Shown here piece after piece: positions 19,593 to 28,757 of a stretch of DNA of 64,000 bases. The notes below the pieces were generated by a model. The model worked only from the letters and a program-made list of their open reading frames with translations. It did not search any database and was not told the origin of the DNA. The stretch covers positions 1,056,001 through 1,120,000 of the forward strand of contig OY969100.1 of NCBI GenBank assembly GCA_963697895.1, given 5' to 3'. Position 1 is the first letter of the stretch; every line of letters begins with the position of its first letter. This DNA comes from an uncultured Methanomicrobiales archaeon. Lineage in GTDB: Archaea; Halobacteriota; Methanomicrobia; Methanomicrobiales; Methanospirillaceae. A program made the position numbers and the translations under genes.

Positions 19593-20537
19593 TCAATAAC
19601 CAGAAACCCCGGTCATTTCTCTTTCGGTAAGGTAATATTCTCTTTTCCATTCATTGAGCAAATTGCCGATCAACCCTTCATACCTGAGAAGAAATTCTAT
19701 AAACGAAACTCGAATTTTAAGGTATTCTTCCATTGCGTCATGTAATGATGTACCGATTAATTTGGCACGTAATTCCAACTTGTTTTTAGTAAAGAACAAA
19801 TATTGCGGATATTTTTCGTTAATAGTGGCATCAGCAAGCGTATAGACAAATAAATCCTCATAATCTGTTTCATTTAAAAGAGCCTGCCCACCATTTAGAT
19901 AAATACAAAGATTTCGAAAATCAGGGCCTACTAATAAAATTTTTGATAAATTTTCATTGAATAACTTTTCAATTCGCTCTGCATATGTATCATATTCATC
20001 GCTTAATTGATTGATTTTCTCTAAATATTTCATTAAAACTTCATCCGGATAATGAACTTGTTTGTCCAAATATCTCTTCGGTGAGAACCAAACGGGGAAT
20101 TTTTTTTCCTCCGTATAATTATTATTTAATATCAACCTAGTGAAGATATTTCCATTTTTAAGGACAGATTTTGTTTCTTCTAAGTCTTTTTTTAATGGAA
20201 TGAAAACATTCTGCGCGATATCTTTGATAATTTTACTTTTCCGATCTTTTTCAGCATAAATCAATTGTTTTTGAGAAATATCTACGAGATTTTGGTTAGC
20301 GATTGCGTATGCCAATGTTATAAAAACCAGTAATAATGTTGCGCCCGCCTGAATCCAGATTGCAGCAGATTGAATATCAGATAATATAAATTCCAAAACA
20401 ATCACGATCGCCGTAGCGATACATAATACAATAAAACTCCATGTGAACATATTTTTTTTCAAAATTAGAATCAATAGACATATCGATAGAAGTGAAATAT
20501 AGATAATCAAAATCAGAATATCAATTATTTCAATCAT
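19593..20537 (-). CDS. AT-rich hypothetical protein with three N-terminal TM helices
   Basis: 314-aa ORF, hydrophobic N-terminus, helical remainder. Confidence 0.75.
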   Translation of the reverse strand: MIEIIDILILIIYISLLSICLLILILKKNMFTWSFIVLCIATAIVIVLEFILSDIQSAAIWIQAGATLLLVFITLAYAIANQNLVDISQKQLIYAEKDRKSKIIKDIAQNVFIPLKKDLEETKSVLKNGNIFTRLILNNNYTEEKKFPVWFSPKRYLDKQVHYPDEVLMKYLEKINQLSDEYDTYAERIEKLFNENLSKILLVGPDFRNLCIYLNGGQALLNETDYEDLFVYTLADATINEKYPQYLFFTKNKLELRAKLIGTSLHDAMEEYLKIRVSFIEFLLRYEGLIGNLLNEWKREYYLTEREMTGVSGY

Positions 20538-20723
20538 TGTTACTTAATAAAAATTGTTTGGATATAAATTATCTTGGATTATCCCAATGATCGGCCGCTT
20601 TTTGATCTTATTTCTATGTGATGATGTGCCGGCAGAATTTATACGTCCCAGCCAACAATTTCATCTCAGGAAAACGATATGAAATTTAATAAATGCATAG
20701 GATGAACCTCCTAGAAGTGCGTT

Positions 20724-21099
20724 ATGGAATTAACTGAAAATGAGAGACTAATGTTAATTGGCAAAAAAAAGATGAAATCAAAAACATAACCGATGAGATA
20801 TTAGAATTAGATCTATATAATGAAGGAAATGGGGTCGAAATCGCCAAAAGATTGAATCACATATTGGGCCTACTAAGCACGATAGCAAGTTATTCAAAGC
20901 CAAAAGAAATTTAAGTATATTTACTCGATTAGCCGCACACATATCTTTGAGTGGGAAAATTATAAGATATGCGCCTATGAGTAGCGAAATTGAAATTCTT
21001 TGTTTGGCTGCAAATTCTGTTCAATTTGAATTCACAAAGAGAGGGTTAATTCTTAAATTACCCAATACATGTCTTTCCGACTCGGATAGATATTCATAG
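20724..21099 (+). pseudogene. Broken AT-rich ORF (~125 aa if two A-run indels are corrected)
   Basis: MELTENERLMLIGKK / DEIKNITDEILEL...YSKP / RNLSIFTRLAAH...; frames join at A homopolymers. Confidence 0.35.
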
Positions 21100-21575
21100 A
21101 TACAGTTGCGGTTTGGGTTCGGGTGCAATGGTGATTAATTTTCCTCACGTTCAATGATTTATCTACGAATAAATGACATTTCGCACACATGCCGGAGGGT
21201 TGATCTTCTCAATGGTTTGGTAACATGCATTAAATGCAATTGAACAATGGATAATTGTTCATTTCACGAATCTTTGTTATCTTTTATTTCTTTAAAGAAA
21301 TTTATTGATAATGAAATACTATCTGGATACAGTGAGTAAGTCCTTCCCGAAAAGGATGATGCCACCCTAAGGAGGATGGACGAAGTAGGGAAGGGTTCAC
21401 AACGATCTTCTCTTTATAGAATTTAATTATTTTTTCTATTTGGGATAAGTTAAATATTAATGCATGAAAATGCTCATATCCTCACAGAAATAAGTGCAAC
21501 TTTATTTCCCGAAAGAATGAAAGCAAGTATCTGCTCAATAACACGACTAAAATTCATGGAAAACAGAAAACCATC

Positions 21576-22310
21576 ATGAGAGATACATTCACCCCGACGG
21601 TTACTGATGTCAGAAAAGGTATGTTGACAGTCGATCAGATCTTCAATATCGTTATAGAACAACTTGAAAAGTCAGGGGAACTTGAACCTGAATATTTAAG
21701 AACTCATTTTGGGGATGTTTTGAAGAAAATTGAAAATAATGCACATGTATTATATCTTCAAGCAGAATCGGGAGTTACAGAAGATTTAATTGACAGGATT
21801 GCAGAGGAATTACCTCCATATGCTGGGAAAAAGGAAATAATCAGGCAGTCTGTTTCAAGAGCCGTTGAATTCGAGTACAGGACAGGACAGTCCCGGAAAA
21901 GCAGGGGAGGTTCTACTTACCAGAAAGCCGTTTCATTTTTGTTATCCCGTTTGGGAATTCCTCATATAAAACCCGCCGGAAAGGAAAAGAAGGAATTCGA
22001 TGAAATTGATTTTATTATCCCATCTGCTGAATATGCCAGAAAAATGCCCGATGATACAATTTTGTTGAGCGTGAAAAGGACCGGACGTGAGCGATGGAAA
22101 CAGGTTGTAAGCGAACGTGCTATGACTCATGTTTTTTTAATTCTCCATGACACGGATGATTTATCATCGGATAAGATTGAACTGATCAAAAAGAATAAAA
22201 TTATCCTGTATGTTTATGATGAAATTAAAAGAAAGGAAATGTTCAGAAATGAGGATAGCGTACGGAGCCTGAATGATCTCCCAGACCGTCTCAAACGATA
22301 CCAGAAATAA
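21576..22310 (+). CDS. Type II restriction endonuclease, EcoRII-C/CCGG-family
   Basis: QSRKSRGG, IDFIIPS, SVKRTGRERWKQV motifs; next to vsr and dcm. Confidence 0.85.
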   Translation: MRDTFTPTVTDVRKGMLTVDQIFNIVIEQLEKSGELEPEYLRTHFGDVLKKIENNAHVLYLQAESGVTEDLIDRIAEELPPYAGKKEIIRQSVSRAVEFEYRTGQSRKSRGGSTYQKAVSFLLSRLGIPHIKPAGKEKKEFDEIDFIIPSAEYARKMPDDTILLSVKRTGRERWKQVVSERAMTHVFLILHDTDDLSSDKIELIKKNKIILYVYDEIKRKEMFRNEDSVRSLNDLPDRLKRYQK

Positions 22311-22361
22311 CCATCTCCGGCCGGTGTGTTGACTATTATTTGAATTTCTAAACGAAGCGAT

Positions 22362-22778
22362 ATGGTTGACGTTCTCACCCCTCAACAGAGAAGTTATAAT
22401 ATGTCCCGCATAAAGGGCAAAGATACTTTACCCGAAATACAATTAAGACGACTCCTGCGGGAAGCAGGAATCAGGGGTTACCGTATTCATTACGATCTTC
22501 CAGGCAAGCCGGATGTGGTATTTATCAAGAAAAAAATTGCGATTTTCATTGATGGTTGTTTCTGGCATAAATGCCCCTTGCATTTTAAAGAACCCGAGAC
22601 CCGGAAAGAATTCTGGTTGAAAAAAATCCAAGAGAATGTCAAGCGTGATGAAATAATTAATAAAACACTGGTTGAGGATGGCTGGAAGTTAATCCGGATA
22701 TGGGAACATGAACTTAAAGAAAATCCGGAAGAAATCATTCGCCGGATAAAAATGGTTTTAGGATACACAGGTCCCTAG
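22362..22778 (+). CDS. vsr: Very short patch repair endonuclease
   Basis: RSYNMSRIKGKDT.PE, LPGKPD, FIDGCFWH, IWEHE. Confidence 0.95.
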   Translation: MVDVLTPQQRSYNMSRIKGKDTLPEIQLRRLLREAGIRGYRIHYDLPGKPDVVFIKKKIAIFIDGCFWHKCPLHFKEPETRKEFWLKKIQENVKRDEIINKTLVEDGWKLIRIWEHELKENPEEIIRRIKMVLGYTGP

Positions 22779-23771
22779 TTGTTTTTCTTTTAGAGTTGAT
22801 AATTTTTCTGAATCAAGCGATTTTATGAGTTCATTTGCAATAATTTCCATAAGCGGAACCGCTACAGAATTTCCAAACTGTTTGTAAGCCTGCGTATCCG
22901 AGACCGGAATTTTAAAACTGTCAGGGTAGCCTTGGAGCCTGGCACACTCCCTAGGGGTCAGTCGTCTTGGATTTTTTCCCTCCTGCGGAATCAGGATTTC
23001 ACTTCCATCTTTGTAATAACGTGCCGAAAGGGTCCGGCAGTAACTGTTAAAGTCCACCAGCCCATAACCAAATCCATTTCCTTTCTTGCGGTGTTTTTCG
23101 GCATAATCCTGTAAATACTGCCAGAGATGATCGGTCAATGTATATTTGGCAGGAATATCTTTCTCAAGAATATCCTGAAAAACAGGGTTCAAATTTTGGA
23201 TTTCAGGAAATTTAAATGGCACTTCTTCTTCTCTGAATCCAATCATTATAATGCGTTCCCGATTCTGGGGGACCAACCTGTTTGCATTGAATACTTTGTA
23301 ATGAAATGAATATCCTTCAGCAATAAGTGAATCCCTGATTACTTTGAATGTTTTGCCTTTGTCATGACTTTCTAGATTTTTTACATTTTCAAGGAAATAT
23401 GCAGCAGGCCTTTTTAACCGGATTATTCTCATTATTTCATAAAACAGCGTCCCCTTTGTCTGATGTGCGAAACCATGAGGTATATTCAGACTCAGATATT
23501 TTGATACTCCTGCGATAGAGAACGGCTGACAGGGGAATCCGGCAACCAGAATGTCGAAATCCGGAATATCTCTGGCTTGTATCTCCCGTATATCACCTAT
23601 AGGAGATTCACCAAAATTAGCTTCATATGTTTTTTGTGCATATTTATCGATCTCGCATGAGAAAACACATTCCGCACCCGCTCTTTCGAATGCAAGACGA
23701 AGACCGCCTATACCGGCAAATAGATCAATAAATTTCAGTTTTTCCTTCAAAATGGGAACACTTCCCGACAT
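22758..23771 (-). CDS. dcm: DNA (cytosine-5) methyltransferase, Dcm/EcoRII-like (probably CCWGG)
   Basis: FAGIGG, GFPCQPFS, ENV, QNRER, KGNGFGYGL, RTLSARYYKDGSEIL, QFGNSV. Confidence 0.93.
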   Translation of the reverse strand: MSGSVPILKEKLKFIDLFAGIGGLRLAFERAGAECVFSCEIDKYAQKTYEANFGESPIGDIREIQARDIPDFDILVAGFPCQPFSIAGVSKYLSLNIPHGFAHQTKGTLFYEIMRIIRLKRPAAYFLENVKNLESHDKGKTFKVIRDSLIAEGYSFHYKVFNANRLVPQNRERIIMIGFREEEVPFKFPEIQNLNPVFQDILEKDIPAKYTLTDHLWQYLQDYAEKHRKKGNGFGYGLVDFNSYCRTLSARYYKDGSEILIPQEGKNPRRLTPRECARLQGYPDSFKIPVSDTQAYKQFGNSVAVPLMEIIANELIKSLDSEKLSTLKEKQLGTCVS

Positions 23772-24054
23772 CTGTCAACCCGGTATCTGTTTGAAGTTCA
23801 ACATTCCAAGATTAAATAATTGTGATATGCACCGTGAATGTGAATCATATTTCTCTTTACGTTTTAAATATGGAGCCAATCTGCCAAGTCGTTTTTCTAT
23901 TCGAATAAAGACATGTGTGTAGAAATTGAGGCTAAAAATCATTTGGTTTGCTTTGAGATTGGAAATGTTCGCGCGAAATAAATCATTGATGGAATAATTA
24001 GCAAACTGTTTAATCATCCCTATAAATTCTTCTGAATTCTCGTGGATAAATATG

Positions 24055-25020
24055 TTATAAATTATTTAGAGTGTCTTGGTTCATTTCTGAGAATTCTGAC
24101 ATTGGAATTTTAACTACACAACTGCTCCCTCCTTGCATATTTCGCCCTCCACCACTAAACACCCATGAGGCATATTGAGCGAGCTTTTCGAAAGTTATGA
24201 ACCACCAATTTACTAAATTTCGATCTTCCGTATTATTTATCTCTCTAACAATGAATAATGAGTGCAAATTACCCTTCTTTGCAGCGTAAAAAGACAACTT
24301 AACAAATGGACCCACATCCAAACCAAAATAATTACCTAACTTACTATCCCTTGCGGGTGTTTTTTCTTTAATTTCAATTGGATAAGTATACCTTTCTCCC
24401 CAAAAAATGGCATCTATATCAACTGATTCTGTCATAAGTTTATTTTGTAGCGATATTCTAATGTGTTCATTTGTAAATAGACCCGGTATTGAAAGTTCAG
24501 GAATTGATGAAATGTCAGTTTGAAAACCAAGAAAATTATATCGACGAGTGCGTGCTTTAAAATCCGATAACACTTCTGGAAAATCATGGTAACTGTCAGA
24601 AAACGGTACGCCCAATTGTGTTGCATGCCATTTTAAAGAATTAATTTCGTTCTGAACCCCAATGGATGGGGCACAATAATAGCTATGAATTCCAAGTTGG
24701 TGCATTGTTGCACAAATTGTATGCAACCCTCGTGGCGGTTCTTCAAATTGTCTATCAGGTGAATAGGATATTTCAGGTTGAATTAAACATGGAAATACAA
24801 CCACAGTTTTATGACCAAAATTTCGTTCACCAGTATTTCGAGATATCCACCCCCCAGAAGAGATACGATTTCCAAATCCCATTTCATTGAGTGTATTTCG
24901 TAAATCGATTTCTGCTAAAAGACCGTTCAATTTGTTCTGATTAAAACTAGAAATGCTTTGGAAAGATAATCCTTCATTAAATCTATAGAAATAGATGCCA
25001 TAAGGCTTCTCTACTCTCAA
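24055..25020 (-). CDS. Putative PD-(D/E)xK nuclease of unknown family
   Basis: DIDAIF...IEIKEK motif in a 321-aa AT-rich ORF. Confidence 0.6.
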   Translation of the reverse strand: MRVEKPYGIYFYRFNEGLSFQSISSFNQNKLNGLLAEIDLRNTLNEMGFGNRISSGGWISRNTGERNFGHKTVVVFPCLIQPEISYSPDRQFEEPPRGLHTICATMHQLGIHSYYCAPSIGVQNEINSLKWHATQLGVPFSDSYHDFPEVLSDFKARTRRYNFLGFQTDISSIPELSIPGLFTNEHIRISLQNKLMTESVDIDAIFWGERYTYPIEIKEKTPARDSKLGNYFGLDVGPFVKLSFYAAKKGNLHSLFIVREINNTEDRNLVNWWFITFEKLAQYASWVFSGGGRNMQGGSSCVVKIPMSEFSEMNQDTLNNL

Positions 25021-25089
25021 TTTTAAATATTTTTTTCATCTCAATCAATGATTTCTATTTTCATTTTAGATTATATTGTCTTTCTCAAT

Positions 25090-25317
25090 ACCTTCAGACC
25101 AAGGAAAATCATGTCGCTCCGCGAGAGAACGAAAGTACTGAGAGGATTTGACGGTGCAGAGGGTGTGGAAGTGTTCTGCGACGGGATGAGAACATATTAC
25201 AACTACATCCGGCCACATCAGGGGATTGGAAGATTGACTCCTGCGCAGATAGCAAATATTCCAATTAACTTGATGGGATCCAAGTGGGAGAAAATAATTG
25301 GGTTGGCGGGTGGATAA
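25090..25317 (+). mobile_element. Transposase C-terminal remnant (IS6/rve-like)
   Basis: RERTKVLRGF...YYNYIRPHQGI..LTPAQ; N-terminal DDE part missing. Confidence 0.7.
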
Positions 25318-25712
25318 AACCCAATTATTACCCGTACATCCTATCAGGGGGGAAATGAAATTTCTTGGACTAGTTTCTCCCCATTTATTTTGCCTGCAAG
25401 ACTGTGAGAAACAAATGAAATGCCCAATGCCCCGACGTTGATTACTGATTTAATTGCTTCATCTAATTCCTTCAAGAAATATTATCTTTTTTGAAGGAAT
25501 ACCCTTGAAAACCAGCGTGGTGCGAAGCTATGGCATGTCATTTATCGTCTTCTTTTGTATTTTCGAAATAAAAACCAAAAAACCGTACCAACAATGGCCG
25601 CTATTAATTCAAATTTAAAAAAATTTATTGTTACAAGGACCATTACCCAAAAAATCAATTTCAAAGCCATGAATAAATTAATTAGAACTTGTATCAGATC
25701 CATTAGACTCTC

Positions 25713-25943
25713 TTAATCGACATTTTTTATATCAAAAAATTTTGGATCGAAACTTCGTTTAAATTCCGGATCTTCTTTTTTCATATAATCAATTACTTGT
25801 TTAACTCCGTCGTCCCTAGTTAACCTAGGTTCAGCATCATTCCTAAGACTGTACTTTCTTGCACTGAAATAGTGTTGTCTGAACATATTTCGTTTAGATC
25901 CCCGAGTACTCCTATGTAATGTATTCCAATTCCTTTTCCACAA
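25713..25943 (-). pseudogene. Probable gene fragment
   Basis: 76-aa ORF with protein-like C-terminus and a doubtful start. Confidence 0.3.
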
Positions 25944-26132
25944 ACTCTCCTATTTCTTTATCATTCATGAAACACATGTACTGCTCTTTCTTTATTAAAG
26001 TCAACTGATACTTCACCAACCGTTCATGTGGTTAAGCATCCTTCATCTAACCGGAACCTGGAAAGAGTCATCGATAAAATAGAGAAAATTATTAAGATGG
26101 ATATTATAATTTATGGTTATTGAAGGGGACTT

Positions 26133-27260
26133 ATGAGCCAAGAAAATAATGAGCATAGATTAAGGGCATTTGTCTTAATGCCATTTGATACAGAATTTGA
26201 TGCGATTTTTGATAAGCTTATAACACCCACATTAGAAGAAGTTGGCTATGATGTCAAGCGCGCTGATAGTATTCTTAATCAACAAAACATTCTAAAAGAT
26301 ATATTACGGGGTATTGCAGAGGCGGATTTGGTTGTTGCAGATCTAACTAGTCTAAATGCCAATGTTTTTTATGAACTAGGAATCGCACATACTCTACTAA
26401 GACCAACGGTTCTTTTAGCTCAGTCCAATAAAGATGTACCCTTCGATCTATCGTCATACCGCGTGATTCTATATTCCACTCATTTTGTTGAAGCCCCTCA
26501 ACTGTCAAAAAAACTTAAGGAGATTGGTGAGAAGGCAAAAAACAATAAACTTGGATTTGGGAATCCTGTATCTGATTTTCTTCCAAGAGAAATGGAATCG
26601 GAATTTTCTCGTTTAACGACAGACGCGAGAGATGAAATAGAAACAAAAAATGAAAAAAAAATTGAAAACGATGAAGAAGAAAAGGGAATTTGGGACTTTG
26701 TTGTAGATGGCGAGAAATCCATGAAGGACATCACCGAACATTCAAGGCGAATAACAGAGGCAACAGAAGAAGTTGGTTCAAATATGCAAAAGCGAACTGC
26801 AGAGTTGCAGAAAATTTCACAAACTGGTTCGCCTGGCACAGCCTCTCGGATTCATGAGATTGCTACCGCATCATCATTGGATATTATCAAGTACGCAAAA
26901 CAACTCGAAGATGAACAACCCAATTTTCATAGTGCTTGGGAATCGTTCGACCATAACATTTCTGGTCTTCTTCAAACCACTCGAATAGAATCGCAAGAGG
27001 ATAAGAAGATAGCACTTGATTTTCGAATGTCGGTAGAGCAGCTACGGGTAGGAATAATATATGCTTTAAACGGAGTGAAAGGATTACGAGAAAGTGTTGC
27101 AAATATGAAAGATATTAGTCGAGAAATAAATCGTGCTTCAAAAAGGACAGCTCATATCCTCGATTTGTTGATTTCCGATCTTGAAGGAGCCGATTCGTAT
27201 TGTACAAAAGTTTTAACCTTACTTGATGAAAAGATCGCAAAATATTCATTCCCGTTTTAG
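26133..27260 (+). CDS. Nucleoside 2-deoxyribosyltransferase-like domain fused to long helical domain
   Basis: FVLMPF...RAD...ADLVVADLTSLNANVFYELGIAH...PFDL, then coiled-coil-like C-terminus. Confidence 0.8.
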   Translation: MSQENNEHRLRAFVLMPFDTEFDAIFDKLITPTLEEVGYDVKRADSILNQQNILKDILRGIAEADLVVADLTSLNANVFYELGIAHTLLRPTVLLAQSNKDVPFDLSSYRVILYSTHFVEAPQLSKKLKEIGEKAKNNKLGFGNPVSDFLPREMESEFSRLTTDARDEIETKNEKKIENDEEEKGIWDFVVDGEKSMKDITEHSRRITEATEEVGSNMQKRTAELQKISQTGSPGTASRIHEIATASSLDIIKYAKQLEDEQPNFHSAWESFDHNISGLLQTTRIESQEDKKIALDFRMSVEQLRVGIIYALNGVKGLRESVANMKDISREINRASKRTAHILDLLISDLEGADSYCTKVLTLLDEKIAKYSFPF

Positions 27261-27360
27261 AGATCCGTAGAAAAATAGATTCAAAATTTAACGACTAGCA
27301 TTTCATAACAGTAATGTTAGAATGCTGCGAACGGATCCGAACCCCACACCTCCCCCCGTC

Positions 27361-27512
27361 CAATTCAACCCTCGTGAAGCCATGCAATCCCCCCCTAAAC
27401 CTCTCCCCTCAACCACCAGAACGCCTCCTCGAGAATCCTTTGCATCCTTCACAATGCCGGCACCGTAGGGCGATGATCAGCTTGTCGAAGTCCCACGAGA
27501 GCAGTCGTTCGA
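27361..27512 (-). pseudogene. Diverged copy of DUF4336 gene 3' end and downstream flank
   Basis: Direct repeat of 28725-28876 (ERLLSWDFDKLIIA...) with indels. Confidence 0.88.
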
Positions 27513-27526
27513 CCTCAGGCTCTCTT

Positions 27527-27973
27527 TCAGGGTAGCTTCGGTACTGTTTCAATCCTCTCGATAAATTGTTCCGTTATTGAAAGCCATCCCTCAATTTCCT
27601 CCCCTGATGCCGGTGTTTCAAATGAATACTGGTTCTGCTCCCGCATGCTCCTGATCCTTCCGAACAGGGTTACCCATCTGCTTTCCAGATTTCCGGAGGC
27701 TGCGTAGGTTCCCAGGTAAAGCTCTATACAATAGTGAGTTCGCTTCTCCCGGATCCCGTCATGAAAGAGGACCGCCCGGGCAGCATGAAACCACGCCATG
27801 TACACCCCGTTTGTTGCCAGCCGCGGCGTTCCGATCTGCATCCCCTGCCGGGCTTCCGAAAGGTACTCTCTTGCCATGGCAAGCGACATCCTCGCTTTCT
27901 CATTGGAAGGGGGAACCGTCTGCAGCTTTCCCTCCGCAAAACAATCATCGAGTGTTGTCAAAATCCTCACCAC
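27527..27973 (-). CDS. HEPN domain protein (toxin partner)
   Basis: YMAWFHAARAVL...G...THY, RxxxxY (REQNQY); overlaps MNT stop. Confidence 0.88.
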   Translation of the reverse strand: MVRILTTLDDCFAEGKLQTVPPSNEKARMSLAMAREYLSEARQGMQIGTPRLATNGVYMAWFHAARAVLFHDGIREKRTHYCIELYLGTYAASGNLESRWVTLFGRIRSMREQNQYSFETPASGEEIEGWLSITEQFIERIETVPKLP

Positions 27974-28508
27974 ATACGGTCAGATGGTTATTTTTTAAAT
28001 TCGCATAAAATGAGGCGTCCTGAATTTTAAGGTTCTCCAGTTTGTTTTTAGTCAGCAGTAACGCGTGAACATCGCTTCCGGTTGCGGCCCCCAGATCCCG
28101 TTGGAGTTCTCCCATTTTCAATTCAAGGTCAGGATCATAGTCTTTTATGAATACCCAGACATCAAGATCGCTCTCCAGGTTATTTTTTCCTTCTGCCCAT
28201 GAACCATAAATCCCGATCCCTTCCGCCCAGGACGGGAGAGCGATACTATTCCGGAGGAGATCGAGGTTGAGAATCAATTTTATTGCATCCCACAGTGCAG
28301 TATCATTTCGATAAATCGAACGGTTATCGCGATTCAGAAGACGTTCGTGGATGAGCAGATTGAGATATTGAGAAACAAGCCCCTTTGACACCTGGGTGCC
28401 TGTTGTTACCGATGTAACGGAGAACGTTTCTCTTATACTGATGTAACGGAGAATTTTGACCCGTTCCCTGGTTTTAAACAGATCTACCAGGAACTCCTCT
28501 GTGCTCAC
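27945..28508 (-). CDS. wHTH + minimal nucleotidyltransferase (MNT antitoxin)
   Basis: N-terminal HTH (SKGLVSQYL), GIYGSWAEG...SDLDVWV; GTG start at 28508 preferred over 28541. Confidence 0.88.
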   Translation of the reverse strand: MSTEEFLVDLFKTRERVKILRYISIRETFSVTSVTTGTQVSKGLVSQYLNLLIHERLLNRDNRSIYRNDTALWDAIKLILNLDLLRNSIALPSWAEGIGIYGSWAEGKNNLESDLDVWVFIKDYDPDLELKMGELQRDLGAATGSDVHALLLTKNKLENLKIQDASFYANLKNNHLTVCGEDFDNTR

Positions 28509-28521
28509 AGTAATACGATTA

Positions 28522-28584
28522 TGTTCATAATATATGAACATATTGTTCGTGTTTTATGAACAATATGTTCATCATTCATGAACT
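28522..28584. promoter_or_regulatory. Three tandem palindromic operators TGTTCRT-N5-ATGAAC(A/T), 22-bp period
   Basis: Copies at 28522, 28544 and 28566, directly upstream of the MNT gene. Confidence 0.8.
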
Positions 28585-28757
28585 ATTTCCCACGAAATCC
28601 TGTAGATACTGCGGAACCGGGTAATACCAAGTCGATCATTGAATTGGCGCACCCTGTCGCCAGGAGAGGCAAGAGGGGCTGAACACGATACAAATTCCCT
28701 GTACCGGATATCCAATGCCCCACCCAATTCAACCCTCGTGAGGTACGCCACCGCTCC

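Noticed and set aside
21339-21397. SECIS element or hammerhead ribozyme
   Set aside because: No in-frame TGA selenoprotein nearby and no CUGAUGA/GAAA core.
23775-24017. 80-aa ORF upstream of dcm as a controller (C) protein
   Set aside because: No HTH signature; more likely promoter DNA.
13350-28700. Integrase or attL/attR pair delimiting the element
   Set aside because: No tyrosine or serine recombinase motif and no matching terminal direct repeat found by eye.
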